Assembly (NCBI GenBank): GCA_038087875.1
Contig: CM075979.1
Span: 79,732,001 to 79,796,000 of the forward strand
DNA length: 64,000 bases
DNA from: Malacoraja senta
Taxonomy: Eukaryota
Direction of reading: 5' to 3'
Both the position numbers and the translations under genes were made by a program. Under the pieces are notes generated by a model. It had not been told where the DNA came from. It was given only the letters and a program-made list of their open reading frames with translations, and did no database searches. Shown piece by piece: positions 1 through 12,159 of this stretch (position 1 is the stretch's first letter; each line of letters begins with the position of its first letter).

Positions 1-94
1 GTGCTGTTGTCTATTTTAGGTGGTGTCACCACTGAGAATGCGAGTAAGATCCATCTGCTGTTACATCACGATTCATTTGTTTATGCTCAAGTGT

Positions 95-212
95 TGATAT
101 GTTCTTGCATTGCAGCAGTAACTACACTTCAGGAAGAGTTTTGGCTCTCGAGCAAGTTGGAACATCCTGTGGGAGTGAGAGGCGGAATATAAATGCAAGT
201 ACTTTTCTTTCT
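95..212 (+). mobile_element. Old DeuSINE (SacSINE1/AmnSINE1-like) 3' tail remnant
   Basis: 'gcagtaactacacttcagg...catcctgtgggagtgagaggcggaatataaatgcaagt' resembles the L2-type DeuSINE tail as I recall it; heavily diverged. Confidence 0.45.
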
Positions 213-879
213 TTTCCACCTTCATTGTAAAGATGCTTTAATTGATTGTGTGGGAAATTGCAGCATCAAAATGCTCAGTAAATTACCAAGTATACGATAT
301 CATAAGGTGTAATTGGAGGAGTAGCACTTTGCTGTGCAATCTTTCCCACGCACGAATAACCATTTTCTTCAGTTCCCTTCTTGATATTTGGCACTTCTTA
401 TTTACCATTCTGAGAATACCAGACCATACAAAGACTTCCATTTACCAAAGGAAATATTTTTTGACTGTTTCGCCACTGTAGGCCACTCTTAACCTTTCCT
501 GTTCCAGTAACAGTGTCTGAAGTTATTATCATCTACTGACAACCAGATCTCCTCATTCCTCAAATCTTTGAGAAAGTGTTAAACCTTTCCTCTGAAACTT
601 TCCACACCAGCATCTCTCCCACAAATGTCATGTTGCTTTGACGGCCTCCTATCTTTCAAGGGCCCGGAGATGTGGATAGGTTTGTTTCAGTGTTGCTACC
701 TTGGGCAATGAAACTAAGCCTCGGGATTGATTAGCATGAGCTCCATTGTGAACAAACTGTTAACTGTGATTGGAAGTTCTTTATGGCTGAGCTACCCTGA
801 CATAGCGGCACAAACAGCTGCCTCATTACTCCAAGGACCAGGATTGAGAATGAACAAGGCATGATTTTAATGTTTTGAT

Positions 880-1696
880 CGTAGAGAGTGTAGATGGTTA
901 TCAAGAATTACAGCAGGATCTGCTGGGCACGTGGGCTGAGGAAGGGCTGATGGAATTCCACACAGATAAGTGCGAGGTGTTGCTTTTTGGGACGTCAAAC
1001 CAGGGCAGGACCTTTACAGTGAACGGTAGGGCCCTGTGGATTGCTGTAGAGCACAGGGATCTAAGAGTACAAGTACATCGTTCTCTGAAAGTTTCATTGT
1101 AGGTAGATTGGGTGGAGCAAAAACCTTTGGGCCATTGGCCTTCAGTCAGGGATTTGAGTGCAGAGGTTGGGACATCGTGTTACAGTTGTACAAGAAGTTA
1201 GTGAGGCTACACTTGGAGTATTCTGTTCAATTTGGTCGGAAAGATGCTATTTAAACCAGAAAGATTTAGAGAAGATTTAAAAGGACATTGCCAGGAATTG
1301 AGGACTGAAGCAATAGAAAGAGAATTGAGTAGGTTGGGACCTTATCCCTTGGATTGCAGGAGGCTGAGGCGTAATCTTGTTGCGGTTTTAAGATCATGAG
1401 GGAATAAAAAGGGTGAATGCGCACTTTTATCAAGAGTAATCAAGAACCAGAGGACACAGGTTTAAAGTGAGAGGGGAGGAATTTAATAGGAACCTAAGGG
1501 GTAACTTTTTCAGACATGGGGTGGTGGGTGTATGGCATAAGCTGCCAGAAGAAGTGGGTACAATAACAACATGGAAAAGACATTCGGAGGGGTATGAACC
1601 AAACATGAGCAAATGGGACTAGCTTGGGGACTAGCATCTTGGCCGTTATGGACAAGTTGAGCTGAAGGACCTGGTTTTCATTTTCTGTATGACTCT
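880..1696 (+). mobile_element. CR1/HER1-type LINE, 5'-truncated, ORF2 C-terminus plus 3' UTR
   Basis: Frameshifted peptides 'WAEEGLMEFHTDKCEVLLFG...GRTFTVNGRAL' and 'IVLQLYKKLVRLHLEYSVQF' are typical CR1 RT C-terminus; tail 'ctgtatgactcta'. Confidence 0.9.
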
Positions 1697-1744
1697 AACA
1701 CCTTCTCCCATAGTCCACCCATCACTTGCCGGCTCCTCCCTCAC

Positions 1745-1862
1745 CTCTTTTATACTGGTTATCTCCCCTGCAAACAGTCCTGATGCAGAGACTTGACCTT
1801 AAATGTCGACCATCCCTTTCCCTCCATAAATGCTGCTCGATTCACTGAGTTCCTCCAGTGGC
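1745..1862 (+). mobile_element. Degenerate PLE terminal fragment
   Basis: 'agtcctgatgcagagacttgaccttaaatgtcgacc...tgctgctcgattcactgagttcctccag' is a diverged version of the PLE terminus seen throughout the window. Confidence 0.5.
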
Positions 1863-2664
1863 TTGTTTAAAAAAAAATCTTAATGCAGGTAGTTTAATTG
1901 GCTTCAGTAAATAACTTCTTGGAGCAGGTAAGGGGCAAATGTATCAAACTATTTGGAGGGCACATGAGGGTAAATAGATTGCTGGATTAAAATGGGATTG
2001 GTCTGCTGGAAACTGGCATTGACCCGATGGGCTGAATGACCCACCGAGCCTTAAATGAGGTAGTAAATTATTGTTCGAGTGCTGTTCCTCAACGTATGGA
2101 CATGCCATCGACATCAAAGCAGCTTGCTGAAGCTCTGAATTGGGGAGAATGAAAACGAGGCAAATATTTCAAGTGGTTGCCAACAATGTAGAATTAGATT
2201 ACAGCAAATATTTGGGAGGAGAGAGTAGCAGGAGGAAAATGATACAACCATCTTCAAGATATTATTCCCAGCTCTGATTGGGGCCCTCTCACATCCTCCA
2301 TCCCACATCAATCCAATTAAATCTCACCAATTGCCTCGACATTGGTTCTGCTTGATACTTTGCAACTTGGAGATGAAACTGTTCCAACGAAGTGAAGCCA
2401 AAAACATAATCTTTATATTTGGCCATGTGCCATCTTAGCAGGAAGAATAAGTAGGCCATATATCTCTTATAAATGAGTAGAGAAATGGTGATCTGGATTC
2501 GTAGAGATCATTAGAAATGCTGGTAGTTTATTGAGGCCATAAAATGAGTAATAGAAAGCTCTGGGTTTTCAACATAATTTTCCAGGAAAAATAATTGTGA
2601 ACAGTCATAATGTTGGGTTAAGCGTGGGTTAGGATGCTGTTGGTATGCTCCACATGCATCAGAG

Positions 2665-2925
2665 TAGTTTTAGCTTTAGAGGTACAGTGTGTACACCAGG
2701 TTCGCACTGACCAATGATCACCCACACACTAGTTCTGACCTACACACTGGGGACAATTTGCAGAAGCTAATTAACTTGCTTACCTGTACGTCTTTGGAAT
2801 GTGGAAGGAATCCCACCCGGTCACAGGGAGAACTTACAAATTGCCTACAGGCAGCACATGAGGTTGGGATTGAACCTGGATCTGTGGCATTGTGAGGCAG
2901 CAACTCTATCTCTGTGCCACTGTGC
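2665..2925 (-). mobile_element. HE1-type V-SINE
   Basis: Reverse tRNA-like head, V-domain 'tgtggaaggaa...ggtcacagggagaac' and (TAAAC)-like tail. Confidence 0.85.
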
Positions 2926-3376
2926 ACTAATGCTCCATCCTGCTCCATTGACATTTCGTCTGAGATTTTTGTAAACTTGAAGATTCTGAGATCGTCACGA
3001 TTGTTCTGGAGTTTTGGCAGTTCTAATCTAAAGTCACTCTGGGCAAAGACATAAATGGAAGGCACACAGTGTTGCTCAATGGCAAGTAAACCCTGCGGTG
3101 AACTGAAGAATTGGCCATTGAAAATTCTCAGTGGGTCTACGCTAGTTGGTCACTTCCCTTCTCTCAGTCCCTGGTTACATCACGCAGCAGATCTATTCTG
3201 AAGCATTATGACAGGATTTTCATCTAATGAACATTGCAGAGGATATAACTAATTTCATGCCAGTGTTTGGCAGGCACACTGAATATCTCATTTGTGGGAA
3301 CGAATTTCGATGTATTTGCCAGATGGTTGAAATACATCTTTCATTCCTGGTTGCATGGTGTGGGGGTGATTATTCT

Positions 3377-3640
3377 TGGGGGAGTCCAGAACCAGGGTTC
3401 ACAGTTTAAGAATAAAGGATAGGCCATTTAGGATTGAGATGAGGAACAACTTTTTCATCCAGAGAGTTGTGAATCTGTGGAATTCTCTGCCACAAAAGGC
3501 AGTGGAGGCCAATTCATTGGATGTATTCGAGAGAGAGTTAGATATAGCTCTTCAGGCTAACGGAATCAAGGTATATGGGGGGAAAGCAGGAACGGGGTAC
3601 TGATTTTGGATGATCAGCCATGATCATATTGGCTGGCTCG
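3377..3640 (+). mobile_element. CR1 3' fragment
   Basis: Peptide 'SRTRVHSLRI...NFFIQRVVNLWNSLPQKAVEA...FERELD'. Confidence 0.9.
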
Positions 3641-3817
3641 GCTCGGAAAACAGCGGGGGGGAGGGGGGGAGGGGAGGGAGAGAGGAGTTCTGTCTCAGAA
3701 TGTGGGGATGGTTATTATGACTTTTTTTATCAACTAGGAATTGTTGAGCCAGTATAATTTAGGAGAATTTTGATGATGGCCTGGTAGTTTGGCCTAATTT
3801 ATAATATTAGCTGAATA

Positions 3818-4088
3818 TGACTTCGATCCGGACTACCAGTGCTGTCTGTGTGGAGTTTTACATTCTCCTTGTGACCATGTGGGTTTTCTCTGGGTGCTCC
3901 AGTTTCTTCCCACATTCCAAAGATGTGCAGATTTGTTGGTTGTGGAGGAAGGAACCGGTTTGTGGGTTAATTGGCTTCTGTGAATTGTCCTGGGTGTGTC
4001 GGATAGAACTAGTGTACAGGTGGTTGGTGGACGGTGCGAACTCGGTGGGCCAAATAGCTTGTTTCCATGCTGTATCTCGAAACTGAAC
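3818..4088 (+). mobile_element. HE1-type V-SINE (5' eroded)
   Basis: 'ttcgatccggactacc...gtgggttttctctgggtgctccagtttcttcccacattccaaag...gctgtatctcgaaactgaac'. Confidence 0.85.
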
Positions 4089-5085
4089 TCAAGACTCTTT
4101 CCCTCTCCCCATTCCTGCCTTTGTCACTTATGGGCTGAGGAAAATACCACTCCACAGGATAATAACAGAGCAAGAGTGAATAGGGGAAGGAACTGTTGTG
4201 CGGGAGGTCATGGAGACGAAGCTTGTAAGGGGTGAGCAGGTCAACTGGTCAAGAGACATCGAAAGGTGGTGGGTCGGGACAGTGGAAAAGGAAGAGGAGG
4301 TGGTGGACAGGGTGGTGCCAGCAATTATCTGCTGATGATTCCCTACGGTGAACTATTTTGTATGTGCATGTTCTGCGGATGGATTTGAACGTTACGAGCA
4401 GATGTGTGCTGCACATGGATGGGCTGCAGGCTTGACGATACATATCATGTAACGGCTGGACCAAAAGGTGTAGTTCAATGGGGGGCTTCCTTTTACACTT
4501 CAAGGAGTGCGCCATCCTATCACCCCACCCATTTTGCTTTGATCTCTTAGCTCTGTTTACTCTCTTGTTACTGTGCAGTATCTAGTCTCTCTTTGTTGGT
4601 GACCAAGCCCTGTGATACATGAGAGCTATCTTGCTTCCCCCCCCCCCACCCCCCACCTCCCCACCCCAGCCCACAATAGAGATGAAAGCTTGCCCCATGG
4701 GAGATTTAAACAAAATCACAAATATCCTTTTTGTTTGCTCGATTTCAGTTGAAAGTGCAGACCTTGCTCCAGGCAGTGTGCAACATGACAACTATTACGG
4801 CCCAGATCCTACCCTTCCCCCTTCCCAAGCTCTAGGCAAACGCTGGTCCTCCTGTACACAGCCATTCACCCCCTGCAGTCTCGCCGAGCATCCATTGCAG
4901 GTGTTACGAGGAACTTGCACAATTTTTATTCCTGTCACGGTTGATCATTAACTGGGGGCTGCTCAAGCTACTCGGGGCAAGGCGTTGCAGTTCGGGACAT
5001 TGAGTGGTTTGATGTTAGTGGAACTCTGCCAGAAATGGAGGGAGTTGAGTAAATCAAAAGTTGGTTGGAAACATTGCCAACTTTT

Positions 5086-5355
5086 CATGTTCATAAGTTA
5101 TAAGAGCAGAATTGGGCCATTTGGCCCATCAAGCCTACTCCACCATTCAATCATGACTGGTCTATCTTTCCCTCTCAACTCCATTCTCCTGCCTTCTTCC
5201 CATAACCCCTGGCACCCGTATTGATCAAAAATCTATCTATCTCTGCCTTAAAACTATCAATTGACTTGGCTTCCACAGCTGACTGTGGCAATGAATTCCA
5301 CAGATTCACCACCCTCTGACTAAAGAAATTCCTCCTCGTCTCCTCTCTAAAGGTA
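5086..5355 (-). mobile_element. CR1 3' fragment
   Basis: Reverse of 'FFSQRVVNLWNSLPQ' region plus tail variant (TTATGAAC). Confidence 0.85.
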
Positions 5356-5729
5356 CTTCTGCAAGAGATGTATAATTAATTGCTGTGGTGTAGTAAAATG
5401 GGGATTATTCCAATTAGCAGTTTATAGTATTAAAGATAACATTATCAATGGACAGCAGCAGTTTATTGACCTGTGTGAATCAAATGCAGTGAGAAATATG
5501 ATCAGATAATTATAAAGGTGCAGTAGTAATTGATCTCATTCAATTCTTTCATTTGCCAAATGTTTCTTCTTCCTCAAATCTTTTCTCTTTTAATCTTTTG
5601 ATTAAACTCCACACCCGGTCACTGCCTCGAACCAAAGAAGTGTGTAAGAATCGTGGAGCATAAGAAGTCATTCTAGCTCTGAGAACCATTCCGACCCCCC
5701 CCCCCACCCCATGCAAAGCCTGATCTTGC

Positions 5730-6085
5730 ACCTTATTTCTCTCCTTCCACCTACATTCTTTCCTCTAGCTTCACAATTTGCAACGCTACAATCCTTTTGT
5801 CTTGTACCTTCTGTCTTTTCATCTCTGGCCCCTGTTCAATTATCTGCCTTTCAACCCCCCCCCCCCCTCCCCCCTCATCTGGGTCCATGTCAGGCTTTGT
5901 CCTGGCCTTCCTCCCTTCCAGCTTTCTCCCCCCCCCCCACCTTCCCCACCCAACCACAATCGTTCTGAAGAAATGTCCCAACCCGAAACGTCACCTGTCC
6001 ATGTTCTCTGGAGATGCTGCATGACCCACTGAGTTAATCCAGCATTTGTTTTTGTTGTAAGCCAGCATCTGTGGTTCCTTGCTTC
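5730..6085 (+). mobile_element. PLE 3' UTR/terminus with decayed hammerhead core
   Basis: Pyrimidine-rich UTR, then 'ctgaagaaatgtcccaacccgaaacgtc' (5965-5992) and the shared PLE terminal sequence. Confidence 0.7.
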
Positions 6086-6089
6086 AATA

Positions 6090-6645
6090 AATTAGTTGCC
6101 CCATTTCCAAAGGTAAATCATATCTAACTAACTTAGATAGAATATTCTGTTGAAGTAACATAGGAGTTAACTAAGGCAATGCAGTTAATGGTGTATATCG
6201 ACTTGCAAAAACATTTGTTCAGTATCCCATCTTGACATCAAGGTTGAAAATCACAGAATTAAAGCAACTGCAGCAATATGGGTAGAAAATTGGGTCAATA
6301 ATTGAAATTGGTGCAGTAAGTTTGTCAATCTGGAAGGAAATTTGCAATGGAGTTCCCCAGGGACTGTTACATGGACCAGTGTTTTTCTTGGTAAGTATCA
6401 ATGATTTTTGACTTTTATGTAGTGGACACAATTTCCAAATCTGCAGATGTCAAGAAATTAATGGAGATTATGGAATGTGAGTGAGGAGGATGTTTATAGA
6501 CCAAGGTGATCTGGGTAGATTGGTGAAATTTAATGCTGGCAAAGTTCACCACATCCATTTTGGTAGGAAGAATGAAAGGAGGCATTACGACCTAGAGGGC
6601 ACAATTCTGTAAGGCATCCAAGAGGAGAGATCTGTGTGGTGTATA

Positions 6646-6686
<41 letters not shown>

Positions 6687-6955
6687 ATATATGTGTGTGT
6701 GTATTGTTTATTGACAGTGGCAGTACAGGTTGAGAAAGTGGTTTCAAAAATAACTCTGGATCCAATGCATTACAAATGATGGCATTGAGTGCATGATCAA
6801 AAAAGTCGTGATTAACCTTAATTAAACCAGTGCTCAAATGCAACTGGAGGATTGTAACTAGTTCTGGAGACCAACCCTTAGGGACAATGCTGATGTATTA
6901 GAACGCATGTGGAAGAGATTGATGCAAAATTAATCCGGGAATGAGGGACTTTAAT
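6090..6955 (+). mobile_element. Old CR1 RT fragment
   Basis: Decayed 'GVPQG..GPVFFLVSIND' and 'SKSADV' RT motifs at ~6348-6450. Confidence 0.7.
6641..6702. repeat. (TATATG)n/(TA)n/(TG)n compound microsatellite
   Basis: Directly visible. Confidence 0.95.
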
Positions 6956-6959
6956 GGGT

Positions 6960-7145
6960 GTGGAGGACCAGTCAATGGATATTTTTAAGGCAGCGATAGA
7001 CAGATTCTTGATTAGTACGGGTGTTGGGGGTAATGGCGAGGAGGCAGGAGAATGGGGTTAGGCGGGAGAGATACATCAGCCATGATTAAGTGGTGGAGTA
7101 GACGATGGACTGAATGGCCTAATTCCACTCCAATCATTTATGACC
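6960..7145 (+). mobile_element. CR1 3' end
   Basis: 'ggatatttttaaggcagcgatagacagattc...gaatggcctaattccactcc'. Confidence 0.8.
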
Positions 7146-7264
7146 CCATGTACCAATCAACAATTATGAAAAGGTGAATCAATCATTCAATAGTGCTTTA
7201 CCTTAACCTGCATTGACTGAACTGGCCTGATCTTATTTGCATGTATTTTGCCTCATACTTATAT

Positions 7265-7485
7265 TTTTCATCTCTGGCCTTTGCCCATCTTTCTGGCTAT
7301 CAAATAACCCTCCTCATCTGAGTTGGCCTACTACCTGCCAGGGTTTGTCCTGCCTCTCCTCCTCTTTTCCAGCTTCCCCTCTTCCCCCCCCCCTCCCCCT
7401 CCCAAAGTCCTGACCCAAAATGTCGCCCATCCATGTTCTCCTGGGATGCTGCCTAACCCACTGAGCTGCTCCAGCACTCTGTGCC
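7265..7485 (+). mobile_element. PLE terminal fragment
   Basis: Similar to 5820-6050; ends 'gatgctgcctaacccactgagctgctccagcactctgtg'. Confidence 0.65.
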
Positions 7486-7959
7486 TTCCTGTGAGAATGC
7501 CGTGTTTGGGTCCAGAGCTGAAGCAATTCCTGCAAATCTCCCTCTGTTACAGGCTGTATACTGTGTGTGGTAAGCACTTCACTCACCATCTTCTGCTCCA
7601 GTGCCTTGGGTGGAATTGAAAAAGAATGAGTGGATTTTCAACAACAAAAAAAGTCATTTACTGGATGAATGATTTCCCAGAGCTTACAAGCGTTAAATTT
7701 GCAGGTGATCTTTAAAGAATGATTTGTATTTGACTATGGCACCTGGGGGAGGGTGACAGGGTTAAAGACTAATCTGAATTTGACTGCTTTTGTTAATTGG
7801 CAACACTACTGCGCTATTTATGCAGAAATCTCATTTTGTATTGACGATATGAGCAGAGGGAAAACTAAAAGGTGCACTAGACCAAAGTTAAGGGGTAAAT
7901 GTGTGCAAAGTTCACGGTTGAGAAAGTGGTTTTAAAAAAAGCTAAGGGGATCCTGGGCT

Positions 7960-8085
7960 CATAAGTCACAGGAGCAGAATTAGGCCATTTGACCCATCAA
8001 GTCTACTCCACCATTTAATCATGGCTTTCCCTCTCAACCCCATTCTCCTGCCTTCTCTCCATAACCTTTAATACCCTTACTAATC
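7960..8085 (-). mobile_element. CR1 3' end
   Basis: 'ggagcagaattaggccatttgacccatcaagtctactcc...' same tail family as 5086-5355. Confidence 0.75.
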
Positions 8086-8091
8086 ATGTAC

Positions 8092-8287
8092 GGATGCTAC
8101 CTGACCTGCTGAGTTACTCAGCATGTTTACGAAGGAACTGCAGATGCTGGAAAATCGAAGGTAGACAAAAATGCTGGAGAGACTCAGCGGGTGAGGCAGC
8201 ATCTGTGGAGCTTAGGAAATGGGCAACGTTTATGGTCGAGACCCTTCTTCAGACCTCAGTTACTCCAGCATTTTGTGTCTATCTTTT
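8092..8287. mobile_element. PLE terminus (8125-8254, minus) nested in another PLE terminus (plus)
   Basis: Inner element flanked by near-duplicate ctgagttactcagcat (8109-8124) / ctcagttactccagcat (8255-8271). Confidence 0.7.
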
Positions 8288-8598
8288 GATCCCAGCTGAT
8301 TTGCCTGGGGAAGGCATAATTCAAATAAATAGTTAGATGGGGGGCAAAAATAATATTGTCAGGTTAAAATAGACTAGATTTTGGAAATTTGAAGAAAGTG
8401 AGAATCCTGCAAATATACTGCAAATTAGGAAGCATTTGGGGAGGGAGGAGAAAATATGTTAATGAGACACATGGATGACCTTCAATCAAACCGACCTGCA
8501 TTGTATTCTATAGAGGTATTCTCTATGTACACTTGTCTCCAGTCTGAAATCAGAGTCCGTCACTTCCACTTTGTTTCCTGCCACTTGCTCAACTTTCT

Positions 8599-8734
8599 GT
8601 CTGGAGAAAGGTCTCGACCCAAAACGTCACCCATTCCTTCTCTCCAGAGATGCTGCCTGTCCCGCTGAGTTACTCCAGCTTTTTTGTGTCTATCTTCGGT
8701 TTAAACCAGCACCTGCAGTTCCTTCTCATACAAA
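8599..8734 (+). mobile_element. PLE terminal fragment
   Basis: Decayed hammerhead core then the conserved terminus; flanked by caactttctgtctg (8590-8603) / caactttctatttg (8735-8748). Confidence 0.8.
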
Positions 8735-8809
8735 CAACTTTCTATTTGTGCTCCCCTTCCCAATTTCATGGACATGTTATCAAGAACAAAGGCTTCCCAT
8801 GCATTATAT

Positions 8810-9018
8810 CAAGAGTTCCCAACCTGGGGTAAATTTACCCCCAGCGGGTAAATTTCGCCTACCTAGGGGGTGAATTTGTTGATTCTGGATTTGTACATAT
8901 TTTTTCTCATTGACTGACTGTGTTCATAATTAGTTGTTCATAAATAAGTAAAATAACATTGTTATGTGCTATTAAAGTTGCCTGGGGTAAACGGGACAAA
9001 AAAGGTTGGGAAACCCTG
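8810..9018. mobile_element. hAT (Charlie-like) MITE
   Basis: TIRs caagagttcccaacc / ggttgggaaaccctg (12/15); 8-bp flanks cattatat / catttcat (6/8). Confidence 0.8.
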
Positions 9019-9235
9019 CATTTCATTATCAACCTTGCTTCACTCATCAGTCCACTCCAACAAATAACTCTGTTGATTAAATACAATTTGCCTTTTAAAT
9101 CCATAAAGGTTTTTCTCTAATTAATCCACCTTCGTCAGGTTTAAGAAAACTTGGACAAGAATCTGCCCTAGAGTCATCCAGCCATTCCTTCAAAGCAATA
9201 AGAAGTGTTCAGTTTCAGCGTTATATTTAATTTCT

Positions 9236-9805
9236 CTCATCTCAAAATTTATTTTTTAATTATGGCTTAATAATAGCAAAAAACCGAATACTTAAATTCT
9301 GGAAAAATACACCAATACCAACGCTTAAAATGTGGATTTCAAGCATGTTGGACAACGCACATCTTGAGGAAATGCGATTCCTCCTAATAGATAAATCTTC
9401 CCTCCCCCAATTCTTAACGAGTTGGTCTCCATTTGTCGTCTGTTTGGAATCATACGGTGCAACACAATTGTAGAAGCTAACTGTTCCAGGACTGGGTGAG
9501 GGATGGTCAAGATTATAAATAATGATCTCCTTACTTTTCTTTTTTTATTTTCTACTCTCTTTTTTCTATTTTCTTTTCTTCAATTTTCTTCTTTCACTCT
9601 TTTTTTCTTTTTCACACACTATATACCTCACGTTTTTCTATCTTTTACTATCTACTTTCTTTTTCTTATTCTTTATCATAATAAAAAAAAGTAAGAAGCT
9701 TTACATAAAATGTATTATGTCATTATATACTAGGCACTTTGCTGCCATATGATTGTACTTCTAATAAAATAAAAATATTTAAATATATATATATATATAT
9801 ATATT
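9236..9805 (+). mobile_element. L1-clade LINE 3' fragment (ORF2 C-terminus, 3' UTR, tail)
   Basis: Open frame 9243-9473 'QNLFFNYGLIIAKNRILKFWKNTPIPTLKMWISSMLDNAHLEEMRF...QFLTSWSPF' matches the fish-type L1 ORF2 end; AATAAA at ~9763; 12-bp TSD tatttaatttct (9224-9235 / 9806-9817). Confidence 0.85.
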
Positions 9806-10381
9806 TATTTAATTTCTATGAATTGCTAACTCAAATCAACACATTTATAGCATGGCCTTATACCTTTGCTCACCAATTTTCACCATTCAGCTCTGAATTT
9901 CTGAAATTTTCTTCCAAAAAATATAGTGACGTTTGTTTAGTAATCCTCATGGAGAAGCTTGTGATGTGTTTTGCTGGTCACGTCATTGCTTGTCGTTGCA
10001 TAAAATTTAAACACAGCATTGGCTCTAAATGCACCTGTGTTTACAATGATGATTAAAGCATTTAATAACAATGAGTTGAGCACAATGATGCAAAAGTTGC
10101 CATTTTTCTCATATGATTTAATGTGGTGATTGAAAGTGACATCATGCAGCTCAGTCATATCCCAGAGGAGGTTTCTAAAAATAATGTGGGTTGCAGACTA
10201 TATTATCAGCTCATGTCTTCCTAATACACCTGCTTGTGTCCCAACAGCTTTTGAATTCAGAGTCATGCATTCTTCAGAGCAGTACAGCAAAAACCTTGGG
10301 TTAAAAATAGATTCATTTTAATGCTTTGCTGATCGGCTCGAGAGAGAGCACTGGCTTCTTCCTGGGAGAGGCCACAACCTG

Positions 10382-10680
10382 GTTTAGTTTAGAGATACAG
10401 CGTGGAAACAGGCCATTTTTTTCCCACCGAGTCCACACCTACCAGCGATCCCCGTGCACCAACACTATCCTACACACACTGGGTTACAATTTTTACATCT
10501 ATACCAAGCCAATTAACCTACAAACCTGTATGCCTTTGGAGTGCGGGAGGAAACCCAAGATCTCAGAGAAAACCCAGGCAGGTCACGGGAAGAACGTACA
10601 GACAAGCACTCGTGGACTGGATTGAACCTTGTGTCTGGCACTATAAGGCAGTGGCTCTACTGCTACGCCACCGTGCCGCT
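10382..10680 (-). mobile_element. HE1-type V-SINE, full length
   Basis: From (TAAAC)n tail to reverse head 'gccaccgtgccgc'. Confidence 0.9.
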
Positions 10681-11487
10681 GGGTTAAAGATGGGTTAACC
10701 GGGAGCCTTTTGATGAGCCACTCGAGAGAGAGGTGTTCAGTGAGTCTGTGCATTGAGAGCTAATCTGGTGCTGTGCAAATGTTAGCAGCGACAAGGCACT
10801 CTTGCTTTCCTCTGCCCACAAGCTGTTTCCACTTGCATGTGAATTCACCACGGTGCACTCTCTCCTCACACAGTCCTTTGCCTTCTTGTCCCCCTCCACT
10901 TTCACTTTCATCTTGCTTTCCATCCTGCCTGCCTGCCTGCCTTTGCCAATATCCTTTTTATTTCCCTCCTGCTTTCACTTGCACAGGCACAAGAGTTTTG
11001 CCGATGTAATTAAAGAGAAAAAGGGCAGTTTTACTGTCCACAGTCCCCGAAGCCCTCATTAGAAGGAAATGGGAACAGCTGGTCAGGAAGGTGGGGAGTT
11101 ATTCGTGTATTAAAGGCAGCAGTGTTATTATTGCCCCAGATTGGCGGGAAAGCCAGAAGTGTCTTTATGTGTGTGGCTGATGGACTGGTATTTTCATCTG
11201 GACAGCTCCTTCCAAACTGATAAAATTTTAATTTAACCTGAGCCGGAAAATTCACTTTATTCCCTCTCGCACCATCACTGTGACTTGCAGTGAAATCTGT
11301 AGGAGCAGGAAAGATATCTTTATGATCAGCCGTGAAGAAAGCTGGAATATGGGTATCATTGTGGTGCCACACAGCTGGCAGAGCGGAGTAAAACAAGTTA
11401 TTTTGATTTTTGGGTGGTGTTTCTGTGGCGATGAAGAAAAAAAACAAAAAAACATTTTACTCTGTTAGGGATGGGTCCTTTTCCCTT

Positions 11488-11582
11488 GATACACACAAAA
11501 GGCTGGAGTAACTCAGCGGGTCAGGCAGCATCTCTGGAGAAAAGGAATATGTGACATTTTGGGTTGAGACCCTTCTTCCGAC
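11488..11582 (-). mobile_element. PLE terminal fragment
   Basis: 'gctggagtaactcagcgggtcaggcagcatctctggag...gggttgagacccttcttccg'. Confidence 0.8.
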
Positions 11583-11714
11583 CTTTGTTTCTCCAGTGTA
11601 ATAAAAGGGGTAGGTTAAAGGGAGGTTTGTGTTTGTATTGTGCCTATCACATCCTTCATGTCCCAAGAAGTTTATAGCAAATGAAATATTTTTTTTAAAT
11701 AGTCACAATTGTGA

Positions 11715-11988
11715 TTAGTTTAGAGATTCAGCGTGGAAATAGGCTCACCAAATCCAGGCCGACCAGCAATCCCTGTACACTAACATTATCCTACATACAT
11801 TTACAATTCTTACCGAAGCCAATTAACCTCCAAGCCTATACGTCTTTGGAATGTGGGAGGAAACTGGAGCTCCCGTGGAAATCTCATGCGGAGTACGTAC
11901 AATCTCCGTGTAGATAGCACCTGTAGTCGGAATTGAACCCGGGTCTCTGGCGCTGTAAGGCAGCAACTCTACCGTTGCGTCATTGTGC
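11715..11988 (-). mobile_element. HE1-type V-SINE
   Basis: Tail, V-domain and reverse B box 'aattgaacc'. Confidence 0.85.
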
Positions 11989-12159
11989 AATGTATCGTGC
12001 ATCGTGATCTGGTGTAGGAAATGCAGCAGCAAATAGAAATAAGTGGCGAGTAGTAAATCTATTTAATTAGTAGGGGTTAATATTTCTCTCGTATAATTCG
12101 AACCCATATCAAACCAGGAAGAATACCTCATCTAATCCATTACATCCATCTGTGAGGAC

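Noticed and set aside
2056-2075. TGAGGTAGTAAATTATTGTT, resembling let-7/miR-98
   Set aside because: It is 2 nt short internally and has no complementary 3' arm to form a pre-miRNA hairpin.
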